Below, piece by piece: positions 28,374 through 43,100 of a stretch of DNA of 64,000 bases. The translations under genes were made by a program, and so were the position numbers. The DNA comes from Phoronis australis. Taxonomy: Eukaryota > Animalia > Phoronida. The DNA lies in the NCBI GenBank assembly GCA_002633005.1, contig NMRA01000064.1:605895-669894 (forward strand), read 5' to 3'. The notes below the pieces were generated by a model. That model ran no database searches, was not told where the DNA came from, and was given only the letters and a program-made list of their open reading frames with translations. Numbering within the stretch: position 1 is the first letter of the stretch; each line of letters opens with the position of its first letter.

Positions 28374-29559
28374 CGGCTAAACATTTAGCTCAACTCGCCT
28401 GTATACACAAAGATTTATGGTCCCAAGCTCGCTTGCATTCAACACTTGTAGCTGCCCATCTTGCTCACTTTCCTGTAAACTATTTCTACCTTAGTTTTAT
28501 TTTATTTGATGTTTGTCTATGCATGACTTCACTCTGTTTGTGCAATGGTGTGTACTGTTTTAGTGTTGGCATTATAAACTTCTGTTTTCTACTGTACTTT
28601 TAATATTCTGAATAAACATACATGTGATGTGGGGATGTACGCTTAGATTCATTGCAGCACCTGGCCTTGTCCAGGGCCTGCTGATGTCTGAATCAAACAC
28701 CAGTATACCAACTAAACACCTGAAATCATTTAGACCTTTGGTCAGAATCTAATCCTTTAACATGAAATTAAAATTATTTTTAATATGTTCTGTCTCAATT
28801 TGGTATAAATTCGAGATAAGAACATTATAGTTCATGCAAATGAGTTTCAAGCCAAAGTTTGCATTTGATTGACTTCTAGATTAGAGCTAAAAACGAGAAA
28901 TTTCGAACTTTTAGCCTTACTGATGGAGTCATTTAGTGAAAGCTAGGATTAGACAGTTATCCATGTATAGTCATTATGTACTTGAGCACACACTAATAAA
29001 TACCACAGACTTCATATAGAAGTAGAAAAGAAAATGCCAAAAATAATTCCAATATCTAGCAAGATTAGCACCTGAGCCCTGGTCTGGCAGCAATTGCACA
29101 CCTGGTCTGGGGCAGTTGTTGCAGGCTTTTTACTTTCATTCCCCACAGACGGTCAATATTCAGAGATAAAAAGTAGATTTCTTTATATTTGAGGTGTGAT
29201 AACCTTTTGGACATGGTTTCAATTCAGGCTTCCTGCAGGTTTACACTATAGCTCAAATATTGAAAAGGTGAGATAACAATTATGTAAGTGGAGTAAATCA
29301 AAACTTGTTTTTTTAACAAAAAGCACAGGTTTAACGCCGCTTTAACTCAATGAACTGTTAAAACATTTACCCTGAATGCCTCCATGTCCTACGTTTTGAT
29401 ATCTTCACCTACTGCATTTTGACAGATAAACATTTAAACCAATTTCAAAACATTAACAACCTAAAGTTATATCCAGCCTTTGTCAAAACCTTCACTTAAT
29501 TTAGACCAGTTGCCACTACAATACTGGAGTCAAACCTGACAGTTTGTTATGGATTTGAT

Positions 29560-29658
29560 GGTAGGGTCATTAAGCTGACTTGAGGGTAGGGTCATTAAGC
29601 TGACTTGAGGGTAGGGTCATTGAGCTGAATTGAGGGTAGGGTCTTTAAGCCGTCTTGA
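29560..29658. repeat. 25-bp tandem repeat x4
   Basis: Unit is ggtagggtcattaagctgacttgag. Confidence 0.9.
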
Positions 29659-30036
29659 CCAAACGCATCACTTTATGAACCAAGTAATAACTATCAGTTG
29701 TTTTGAAACTCGGGAGCCATTTGTAATCTGTGTAAAGTTGGCAGCAGTTTTGTAATGGCAAGGGACTAAATCAAAAGTTAAATTTTTGGTAGAAGACAAC
29801 TTAAAGCATCATTAAATATTCTTTACAAATTTCATGAAATTATAAATTTGTATGTTTTACGCAGTTCCAGTGCCTACATTTTACATGAAGGTTACACCCG
29901 TGCCAGCCCTGCATGGTCCATGGGCGCGTGATTACTTCTACCAAATTTGAACACTGCACTGACCATTAATGAACACATCAGACCCAATTCAACATTTAAC
30001 TTGACAAAACTACCATGAACACTAAGTTTTAAAAAG

Positions 30037-31261
<1,225 letters not shown>

Positions 31262-31495
31262 TTATGACATTTGACTTAAGTGTTCACCTAGCATCAGCAG
31301 ATAATCCCACGTGGACCTTCCTTACAGTAAAATACAGAAAACAGCATTCACTTAAGCCAATTTGGCATTGAAATACACTTTCCACAATAAATTAACGGTA
31401 ACCTTTGTGTTATTTCCAAACATAAAATGACACACACTATGTCAGGTTTTAACAAAGTTCCAAGCTTTGTGAGCATCTAAACTGAAGACAATTCT

Positions 31496-31915
31496 GTGCA
31501 TATAGCCACCTGTCTTAGCTGAGCCTGACTGGACTACACTATGTGGATATAGCCAGCTGTCTTTGCTAAGTCTGGATAGACTACACTCTGTGGATATAGC
31601 CAGCTGTCTTTGCTAAGTCTGGCTAGACTACACTATGTGGATATAGCCAACTGTCTTAGCTGAGTCAGGCTGGACTACACTCTGTGGATATAGCCAGTTG
31701 TCTTAGATGAGCCTGGCTGGACTACAGTCAGTGGATATAGCCAGCTGTCTTAGCTGAGCTTGGCTGGACTATACTCAGTGGATATAGCTAGCTGTCTTAG
31801 CTGAGCTTGGCTGGACTACACTCTCTGGATATAGCAAGCTGTCTTAGCTGAGCCTGGCTGGACTACACTCTGTGGATACAGCCAGCTGTCTTACTTCGAG
31901 CCTGTCTGGAATACG
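31496..31915. repeat. 47-bp minisatellite x9
   Basis: Unit gtggatatagccagctgtcttagctgagcctggctggactacactct starts at 31496, 31543, 31590 ... 31872 and ends near the N at 31950. Confidence 0.95.
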
Positions 31916-33089
31916 CACTTTTCGCAAAACCCCAATTCAGGAGTTGCTANAAACGTTTGAATCAACGAATACTATATATTTGTGAGAGTTAAATCAAGTC
32001 CTATTCAGATCATAACTTTGAAGTGGAATAATTGGGTGAGTAAGACAACAAGCCGGTTTTATGCTTAGGCGGACGACTATAGGGTTTCGGAGTGTATATC
32101 TCATACAAGTGAACGCTTGTTGTCAGCCACTGCAGTCTATGTATAACTACTGACTATTGATTCTTTAACTCTAGTCCTACCATGCTATAGACTTGTGTAA
32201 GCAATAGTGACAAGATGGTTACTTCTATTCTCAGAGTCAGGTTGATGCAAGTTAACAAAATGTGCCACATTTCACAAAATAATTAATAAATTGTAGAACT
32301 CAAGGAGCAAAATATTCATTTAATAAAAAACTTTTAACAGATAGAACTACTTGTTAAATAATTTGCATTGTTTAAACACATGTGGCTTTGATTCTTCAAG
32401 TTTCACTCTATTAGCATCCCACCACTTCCACCTGTGTTGTGCTAAAAATCCTCTCTAAATCGCTTAACTGCCCAGAGACAATTGCCAGATCTGGACTAGT
32501 GCAGATGGTGAAGGTAACAAGTCTGTAATCTCAGTATCTCTGTTTTGATCGAACCACTCAGCTTTCGCTAAATTCCTTCCTTTTTCTATTCCAACTCTGA
32601 ACTGGCATTAACAAATTGCTGTTTGTGAGCTGGAGAAAACATCTAGGGCTATTCTTCGGACTTGCGGGACGAGACATCGATTTATGCTTAATTATTGAAT
32701 ATTTCATTTGATCTGTTCTTCTTTCCAGGCACGGATGAGTTGGTGAGCTGGAAAATGTTACTTATTTCAGCGAACCATGTCTTTCTCGTTTTTCTTCGTG
32801 GGCGCAGACATCTTGGTAATCACTTGAGTCTTGAAATTTGCCATTTCCCCAATAGGTGGAGCCTACTTAAAGCTCCGATTGCAAAAAAAATTAGCAATAA
32901 AGTTTATTTAAAGTCGAGTTTTGGGTATAAACAAGTTAAAATCAGCACAGATGTAAGTTTCTGACAAGAAAGACTATATACAATTACTCACAAACAATAA
33001 CAGAGCTACAAGCATGAAAATTTTGAGACATCCTGATGAGAAAACAGATAAATTTTGAGTCTCAGATACTGGAATAAAAACTTACAAAA

Positions 33090-33627
33090 AGTAGCGACGT
33101 TGCGTCCTCCACGAACTTCAGCTTGGCTTGTGACGTTATCGTTATTCTGGCCAATTGGTGGCGTTTTGACCTGACGGCGCGGCATTGACGTCAAAGAACA
33201 CCATCCCATACGTGTGATACTCGAATCTTAAACCGCCTCTTTTATTTAAAGAGGGACTCCCAATGCTCTCATGGAGAGCTTCCTTTACACCTCTTCTGAA
33301 CCAGTCTTCCTCAAAGTCTAGGATAACGACATCATCAGTATTGAAATCATGTCCAGTGTCGCACAGGTGGCTAAAAATAGCCGAATCATAAGTGTCCCCG
33401 TAGCTAGGACGACGATGTTGTGAAAGACGCATTTTTATGGACTGTTTCGTTTCACCTATGTAACTGCCTGAGCACTGGGGATTTTTACACTGAACACCAT
33501 AGACAACACATGATTGATTACCCTTGAGGGTCTTGTCCTTGACATTAACCAGTTGGCTGTGGAGAGAATTAAACGGTTTGTGGATGATAGAAATGTCAAA
33601 CTGTTTAAATGTACTCTTGAGGCATTT
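33090..33627 (-). mobile_element. 5'-truncated Penelope-like retroelement (GIY-YIG endonuclease end plus 3' tail)
   Basis: The minus-strand frame reads FKQFDISIIHKPFNSLHSQLVNVKDKT...SCVVYGVQCKNPQCSGSYIGETKQSIKMRLSQHRR...SAIFSHLCDTGHDF...ILDFEEDWFRRGVKEALH..PSLNKRGG, the typical PLE GIY-YIG domain. No RT portion is present. Confidence 0.88.
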
Positions 33628-36600
33628 CTATGGAATTCTCAATCGACATTTTCATACAAACGCCCCAATCCAAGGCTTAATAGCTTGGAAACTGACAGTT
33701 GCCGTTTTAAATGGAAATTGAAAGCTTTTAAAACTTTAAGCAAAAAGTCTGTAACGAGTGTGCAACGATGAACCAATTGAAATCATTCAGTGGAAGAACG
33801 CTCCCTTGGCAGTCAAATGGAAATTTGCTTTTGCAAAAAAACTTATTCGAGCAATTTTTAAAGAAAAAAAAATGCAACTTCGATATGAGTATTAGGGTTT
33901 TCCAACACAAAACTTATGAATTCAAAAATGGCGCAGTGTATCCATTTAATGCCAGTTGTGATTTGAGTTGACGGTCTCATTCGGCAACAGTCTTAGATCA
34001 AATGAGTTTGGTAGGGCCAGGTCGTGTTTTTTTTGCCCAGCGTTACTCACATGTTGACTACTCTGGTCAAATATCAATTAGATGATGATACTCGTACGTT
34101 GGTGTTGGCTTAGTAGTGGTACGATAATACTGCGCCATCTATTTAGCATGGCGGACGAACGAAATTTTATTTGAGTTTAAAAAAATTTCTCAAAAAAATC
34201 AAAGATTAAAATGTTAGTCAGTTGTTAGCTTGTTTGTATTATGTAGTTGTCAAAAAACAACATTTTCTTAATTTCCATAATGTACAATAAGGTCATTAGC
34301 CCTTAAAAAATTAAAAATGATAATTTTGTCAATTATTTGTGTGCGAAATATCTGAAGAATATTACAGTAAATGGTGAGTATCGTCTGACGCGCGAATTAT
34401 AGTCTATGGTTTTACTTAGCAGGCTAGCGGAACAGCACGGCCCACGCTTTCCGCACTCACGTATAGGCCTACGGCTCACCGTACCTGTNACAAAACCAGG
34501 CCAGACTGTATATAGTTTTTACGGTCCCCGCCCTCATCAAACCTTAGCCTGACTCTGGTTCAGCGGAACATGTTCAGTGATTGCATTATTCCAACTGAGA
34601 GGACATCAGGCTAACGCATGTCCTCACCTATTGTCAAAGACATTGCGAACTCGACGTGACAGCAACAGATGGCGCAAAAAGTAGAAACATGAAAGGATTC
34701 CTGGCTCTTTTTCTTCTTTATTTCCGAAAAAAGCTATTTCTTTCACTGCAGTCAGGCACGGTACGGTGTAGCTGTGGTCAAGCCAAATTGCAGATTCCTC
34801 TTAAATTTACCATTTACAGTTCATGTTATTCCAGGTGGAACAAGCTTCGAGTTTTAGTTCTTCGTGGAGCCGATTAAGTTTCCGCAAAAACATTTCCCAC
34901 CACATGGCCGTCTGTGTAGGAAAGTTCACTTCAAAACTGTTAGACAACGTTTTTATACAAAGACGAATGAAGGTTACTTTCTACCCAAGCATGTCGCATC
35001 GTAGTTGTCCCCTACGTTACGCACAAAAATATGGCGAAATGATTTTCACTAAACTACCAGGAGAGAGACTCTATTGGCTGACGCGTCTTCACCATAAGGG
35101 GACAAAAGTTGTAGAGTCAATTAGAACGACAAATTGATTGGATAATCGATTACTCGATATTTTTTTCTTGTGGAGGGGACAAATATTATTGAATAGGCCT
35201 CAAGATGAACTTTTGTTGAGCGATGTTCGATGATTAATGAAGGGTCGTGTTGACAACTGTGAGAGACGCGACACGCGTTTTGGTCGTCACAAAGAGGATA
35301 ATGTATGAATGATATCGCTCGTTGTTCAGCTTTGAGTGGCTGTCACTGTCATATTTTTCATCATATGACGTAACCGCAAATGAATCTCATCTATAATCAC
35401 GGCAATGCTGACATGTAAACGAGTTTATTGAAACAAATACTGAAAACATTCCATTTTTATGAGTTGACGTTCAAAATGCTTATGAAAACGAGGCTGCTCA
35501 AAATTGTCGCTGAGCACAGGTTTATAGAGAGGCAATTGTCGTTGTAAAGATACCCTTCCAACACTTTCTTGAAATTCAAAACATATTCTAAAGTTAAACT
35601 TTTTGAGCATCATGCTAATTTTTCAAAGAATTCGTTAGGTTATCAAGTTCTGAGATTGAATTTTGAATTTCTGGCTGTACAGTACCATTAAAATGGACGT
35701 TACAGTGATGTAGGATCCTATGAAAATGGCAAAATTTGTCTAACTTCGTATCTCAGAAATTCTGATTGGATTCATACGAAACTGAGCTTTATGCACTGTT
35801 CTGCAAAAACTGTTCGTAATTACTTTCAAAATGTTCCAATCTTTACACGCAGGGCTATCATCAATTAGTCTTATATGACTTTCATGAAAAAATCAAAAGT
35901 TTCATAAATCGAAAATGAAATGATAATTTAGAACACTGTGACAGTATTTTTGACATTTTATCTTGGACACCTATATCGAACAAAATGTGGCCATGTTACC
36001 GATACCGTTGTTTTGTTATCAATGTAACTTTCTTTTTTGCCAAATTTTACTAAAAAGGCCACACGTGATCATCTGCAGATTGATAAAATGTTACAAATCA
36101 AACTTCTTCAGCCTTTCTACCTGCAGAAAATATATAGTTTTATTGAGTTGAGTAATCTATATTTTTTAGATATTTGAATACATTCACAGCCTTCTGGATA
36201 AAGTCATAAATAACCTTGATACTTCTTAATTCGTATAACTTTTCTCATGTTCCGTTTTTTGAGGACTAGATAAAGAATTCTGCTTTACGAATCGAACTTC
36301 AGGGCTCGAAATCAAACTCGAAATTATTTTTTGAGATATTTCGTCCTGATTTATCACGAATTCAAGATAAGATGAAATGTCAAAAACAATTAGACAACGG
36401 CCACAGAATGCGTCCCGCGTGGACTGAATTATATATATCCTACGCATTCTACAGTACCCGTGTTTCATAAGATACGAATTAACACACTCACGTATATCCA
36501 TATACACAGGTATAAATAAATTTATTTCCATATTTACAAAACTTTACATTACAATACATAGCACAATTATATTAAAAACAATATTAAATAATTACAGCCA

Positions 36601-37162
36601 GGTTTCTTGTTAAACATTAAAACTTTGATTGTTTTAAAAAACGTTCACTTTCGGCTGCAGCCTAGACACGATAGGCAAATCGTTTTTCTACGAGTTTGAA
36701 AACATTCCATGCCAGCATTCCAATCGTGCTTCAAGCATCGGTACTGTGTAATTTTGTTTCTTTGCTTCTTAAATGAGTCTATTATTTAACTGTCACTTTA
36801 AATGCATATCATATGACTCATTTTACATGCACGCTTAAGTTACAATTTGCCACTCATAGATCCACCGTACAAATGAATACTGATCGTTGAGACAACTGTA
36901 TTCTCATAGATTTCAAAGCATGACTGATGAAATTTCGAGTCGTATTGCTGACGTCAGCATTTCCAGTTTTATCTCCTAGCACTTACAGAAAACGTTCGTT
37001 CAATTCGGCAGTCCTTCTTTACAGGTTAATTAGTTTGTTTGGCAGTCGGATTGACCTCTGAACTTGTTCTCTCATGCACTCCCCTACCTGTGCCCCATGG
37101 CGTGGGTCGAGACGGTGCGAAACACGTGACTTGACCAAGTCTCGCTTTGCGACAGACGGGTT

Positions 37163-40100
37163 TCAATGACATCCGCAACTTGCTGCCACCATGTCGTCGT
37201 ACTGTTTTAAGATAACATTCTCATCGTTGTCAAAATACAGAAGACTGAATGAGTCTAGTTTGTTAGGAACACAGCATGGTGAATCGACACCTTTGCCTAT
37301 TTTGAGTGTATGAACAATACTTTGCACAGTAGCATGATTGGTAGGTTGCTGATTTTGGCCCAAGGGAAATGGGCAGTGTCCCTTACAATGATAAGCATCG
37401 TAACCTGTGGGTGCTATAATCCAGCCCGACCATCCAATCTCGTAAAAGTCAACGTAAAGTTTGTGGCGGGCGCACGTGTGCTTTTTCCGTCCCTTTGACG
37501 GTTCTCGCTTGCCCCTGGCTGCGCGCTTTGTCCTGGACCGCGGTGCGTCGGCTGTGACGTCTCTATTTTTCCATCGAAGACCGTGCTTCGCTCTGTGTCC
37601 CTCGTTTAAGAATCGAATGGCGCTGTGGTTCGGAGGTGGATGACGATTACGATGTCGCTTCCTTTTGTTCTTATTCCTGTTTTTACGCGGCCTGTCTTCG
37701 TCGTCATCAACGACGTCATCGGTTCCAGATCCGTAACTCCCTTCTTCTCCTCCGTCGCCATCCTCAGAATAGTCTTCTTGTCTCGCCATTAAATCTATAA
37801 ACAATAGTAGTGCAATTAGATACCATTCTTTGTACGAAGTAATCGAAACGGTTGACTTACTTGATTGGCGGTATGGTTTTTGATATTCGACGCAAATATT
37901 TCCCTTGAGGCTATGTATTTCCTTACTAGTTTACTTAAGAACGTACAACGTTTGCGTTGTTGACCAGTACTGCACTACTGGCACAGATAAACACGAACAC
38001 ACTTCTGAACCAAGGCAACCACAATTCTAAAGCTGTAACAAATTTAGCACGACTTGTAGCGAGCAAAGAGTTTGCGCGAATATAGTTACTCGGAATTATT
38101 CCGTTTTCGTCACGAAAACATCGTCTATCAGTTTACTGAATTTCGTCCACTCATCGATTGCATAAAAATTATTTACAAACCTTGGTCTGCTGGGTCCACA
38201 GGCTTATATTTACTTCTTCTCCCGTCGTCGGTGAAGACTACGAGTATTGGCTGTTTGCTCCCATGATGTTCACTTCTCTGAGCAAAACGCACGTGACTGC
38301 CGTTCATGTGATCACCGTGGAAATCACGTGCAACTAAGAGAAAGCCTACAACAGAATAAAAATGTCGTTTCAATATTAGGCCTACTATTTTGCTTCGCCA
38401 ACCAGTTTAGAAGTCTTTTCAGTCAAAAGATCACTAAAATCAGAGCAATTCGTGAACTCCGTATTTATGTACACTGTATTTGTTATTTGGTTCAAAATGA
38501 TGTTCAACGTCATTCGACTTCAGCGGCCATTTTGTAGATGAACAACCATAACCGGAAAAGTAAAGATAAAACTTTCAGCAGCATAAACATTTGAATTGAA
38601 TTGTTTTTATTTTGAAACAAATTGACGCCATGAGTTGAAAGTTGCCGACATTGGGGCACACGCACTTGCGATAGTTACTTTTCATAATTTTAAATTTTCC
38701 GCATGTCATACTAAAATTTTAATTAGGTATTGAAAAGTGTAATAATCTAACCATAATAAGGTTTTGGAGTGGATCACTCAACAACATCTAGTCACAAAAG
38801 CTGGGTTGCCCCAATTTTTATCTATTTTTGTTTTTCTACTGTATCTCAGGCAGCGCCACAGAACGATATCTCACCGTGGTTAGGTTGAGATGCGTTCACC
38901 CAGTCAATCACGGCTGGTAACACACGGAACACCTCCCAGCCGTGTGAATAGGCACTGACCCTCTTGACGTCCAACAGCCGTAAGAACTTCGGGTTCCACA
39001 TATTGCTCTCGTCCAAAACTTGATACACTTTTAACTGAAAACAAAATAAATTATATTAGATATCAGATTACATAACAAGAGGGCCTTTCAACTTTAGTTT
39101 TAAAAAATGTTCCTTGATGCGTGATCAATATAATTTTATCTTTAACACAATTACCCTTTTAATCGTTCCGTTTGATGAGTACGTATTTACTTTATTTTAC
39201 CATTAGAACAGTGATGAATCAGGTCTTCACACGACAATATTTCAGAACATTGCTCATTGCGAAGGATGACATTAAAATCATTAGCACAACTAAACCCCTA
39301 TGTTAACGTCACCACCGGAGATAATTATGTTAATTACTTTGAGGAGTCATTAACCTTTACAAGCACTAAAAAGGACACACACGGCATGTCTTGAAAACAG
39401 TAGCGTTTGATATTGAAGGTTTACGGTTTAGTGCTAAAAACCATTGTCATTGTTTATGATATAAGCTTGTTAATATGACACATTTGCAAATTTATTGTTT
39501 GGTCCTGAAAAAAAATATTATCGAAATTGAAAAGTCGAACAACTATGTGAAATTATTTCCCAATAAACAATAAAGTACACTTTCACGTTTGAATCATCGC
39601 CACGCAAAGCTCCGAATACGGCCTATAAAGCGAAACAAGGCATCAGAGTTCATTTGTTGTTCTTTACGTTCGGCGCTCTATCAACGTAGTTATATTAGCG
39701 TATTGCGAACAAATGCTTGCTGTGCGAAACTCTGTGTGATGAGCGGGCTGGGAACCCTGAAAACATTTACAGGACTATCGCAAGTATTGGTATACGGATT
39801 AGAAAAGCACTTTTATGACTGCAGACCAACACGGCAGAAGTCGCACGTGTGGTTCTTTTATATGGTCTTCATAAGGATTGTGTTTGTTATTATAATGCGT
39901 TATGTTTACTGTACAACATTTCTCTATAGAATATGTTTGTATTCTGCTCAATGTTATTTTTCATTTAATTTGATTTCGACTGGGGGACAGCTGTGATAGA
40001 TGGGGTCACGTGCACAGCTGAAGGGTCACGTGCACAGCTGAAGGGTCCCTGTAGTTGTACTTGAACACGGGGTGCCCTGGAATTTTTGCAATTTATTTCA

Positions 40101-43100
40101 CACAACACATCTACCCAAACCATGTTAATATTTCATGTAGTTGCCTTAAAAATAAATGTATGCATGCAGTGGCCATTTCCCTGAATAATTTAACATGAAC
40201 ACGTTAATCCAGTGTGAATGTACTGATAGAAATCGACAACAGAAAAATATCCAAAATTTTACTTTTACGCTCTTCGATTCAAAATTGTTTATCGCGCACT
40301 AATCGAACCGCGACCTGTAGTGTCGTGGATTTGTGATGAATGCCGGCACCTATGGTATGTTTTATGGATACTAATGGATGTTTGATCAAGGGAAGACAGT
40401 GTAAATTTGCAAACCCCCGCGGCAACATTACTTCACAACGAATTAGCCGAATATAATAGTTAATCTGTGAAAACATGTCCGTTTACGCGATAACTCCATG
40501 GCCTATATTTCAAGCCTTATTGGGTTCATATTGCACTGCGTTTCTCAAACTAAATATTTGCTGTGACACGTATGATTCTAGACCGTCACACTAACGGCTC
40601 AACACTGCCCCACTGACGTAGCTTTTCTTTTGAGCACAGTCGCATAATGTCCTGAGAATTATTTGCTTGACAAAAATACGAGGCAGATAATCATATGGTT
40701 GTTGACTCAAGTGTGAGAAAGCGCACGCTGTCGATTTAATCTTTTAAATTAGACGAGGCTACTGCTTGACCAAAGAGCATAGTGTAGCTGATCGCATCTT
40801 AAAACTTTAGTTATGCAATCTTTTTACAAGTATCTCGATTGTTTATCCAACACGTGGCCATTTCGGGTATTCCACCACGTGTTCACGTCAAAAATTAGTC
40901 TTGCGTGAATCAACTTTTCATACCTCCACTAAATGAAAACTTCTTTTTCCCTTCTCTTCAGCTCGCGGTTTCATCTTGAACAGATGCAGTTCTGCTGCCA
41001 ACAACTTCTCGTCTTTAATATGAGACGTGTTGAACTTAAAATGCATACGGTGCACTGAGTCTGAAACGAACAACATTAACATCATGGATTACTTTTAAAA
41101 GTCATTTATTCTTGGCTATTTAATCTTATTCACAGACACTTTTTAGACATGATCAATGAAGGTTGCCTCGTACGTAATTCGAAACGATTTGATACCTTGT
41201 AATTATAAAGTGTTCGTTACTTGTCCCGGCACAAAATGTTTTCAAGCCGTTCGTAAATTTTGTCGTTTTAGTGGGGCGCACACCATCTTCTTGGACCTTT
41301 TAGTTGTTCATTAATTAATTAACATTTAAAACTGAAATTGAATGCTCCCGGATATCAATCATTTTCCACACCTGTATTTACTGAAGGGTAATTAAAGATA
41401 CACTTCGCCTTGTTTACCGGCAAAATGCATACATGCGCCATTTTCGAATTCGTAATTGTATTATTGGCCATTAACAATAAACTAGGAAGTGTTTTCTTGA
41501 ATCTCTAATGGTTTTGCATTTCTTGTTAAGGAAATGGAACCCTGTCGTAGTGAAGAATATTATGAAACCAATTTTATGAGAGTAAAGGCTAATCATATTT
41601 TCCTTCAAGTTTCAGCCAGCTAAGCGGAGCGTATTGTAGCTTTAACTAACCAGTCAGGCTGTAATATGGAAGACATCATAAACAATGACTCCCTACATTT
41701 TTTCGACTAATTGCGTATTCTAATACTTCGCTTATATAAAAACCAGTAGGTATAAATACCTACGTTATATAGTTGCTGTCATGGCTTTATAATCTTGATT
41801 CTATCAAGAACATGTCCTAAAGACGTAAAATTAATTCTACATAAAATCAATGTGTTAATTTCTCCATCAACGAAGAACATTGGCAAAATTATGACGAAAT
41901 AGTTTTTGTTCATCGGAGGTCCCGAAACACTTCTCGGGTCTCTAACTAGCTTTACGAGGGTTGGACGGCAAAGTTTGCTTTTGTCATTTGAGTTAATATT
42001 CTCACCAATTTGGGACTGTTTGATCATTTAGTGGTGTGCACCTGTGGCTGGCTGTATTATCCCTGCCCAATGGCGCATTATAGTTAAGGCAATAGAGCGA
42101 TGTATGTGTACTTGAAAGTTATTGTTTGGGTTCATAACCAGCTTGTTTGTTTAGTTGTTCGATGGTAGAGGGGGTAAACAGTTAAGTGTCAGTCACACCT
42201 GAGGCCGACAGCCGCGCTTTACCTGGCTGTAAACTGATCTTGTTTGCTTCAAAGTTTAGCGTTTTTTGACTAGCACAAGGTGCGAAGTACCGCCGGGAAA
42301 GTCAACAAGAGTCTTTATCACTTGAAGACTGGTTGACATTCTCGTTTTATTAGATTACCAACAACTCAACTAGCTGGGTCGTCTAAGGTGTACACTCTTT
42401 TGAAAAAAGTGTTTAAATAACACTAATTTGATGAGAAACTTGCCGCTCGGATTTCTGTAAATTGAACTTTTAACACTCAAAAAATTCTGTGAATGCCTGA
42501 ATTTAGGTACTCACTAAATTACACACAGTGCCACAGTATCTATTCATCCGCGCTTCATTGAATCTCAAATACCGTGCAGATCAACTCATACGCTTTATCT
42601 TATATAGTTTTGAAATAAATAAGCTCGTTTTCTGAATACAAATATTTAAATTACCAGAAAACCACGACTCTATATAATGTTTAATGCATCATACTTACTG
42701 AACGATGTTGGTGTATGAAATATCTAATCTAATTGAATAATTTGAAAAAAAAACAAAGATACATTAAGAAGGAAACGTTTACTTCACTTTCACATTAAAT
42801 TTCACATATTAACTCTTACCTTTGTCTGGAAAACTGCGGACGACGTCTGCGTTGAAGGGACTGGGAGTTTTTGTGTTTCCGTTTTTATCCGCAATGGAGT
42901 TGTATAGATCCACCATATACTGCGGAGGAGTTTTGTGTTTTTTAAATCCGTGAGGCGCTTCCTCCATCCCAAAAACTTTTGAAAGTCTCTCGATTGCTTC
43001 ATCTCGCTCCTTTGTTAATGTCCTTGGTTGGGTAACTCCACAAGTTATATAGGGTAGAATCGTCAAAAGACTAATAATTGCGATGGCGCCGGCACGTCTG

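Noticed and set aside
31496-31915. 47-bp repeat as a CRISPR or ncRNA array
   Set aside because: It is a plain tandem minisatellite with scattered substitutions and no spacer structure.
32380-32850. Possible coding remnant on the minus strand
   Set aside because: It is interrupted by stops, has no recognisable motif and is probably a decayed repeat.
33031-33065. CTGATGAG...GAAA on the plus strand as a hammerhead
   Set aside because: No stem II or stem I/III pairing could be formed. The same applies to a similar string near 45189.
37163-37804. BMP2/4 (dpp) call for the TGF-beta ligand
   Set aside because: GWSGWII, FPLGQN, LLYFD.DENV.LKQYDDMVA and Pinhead adjacency indicate ADMP.
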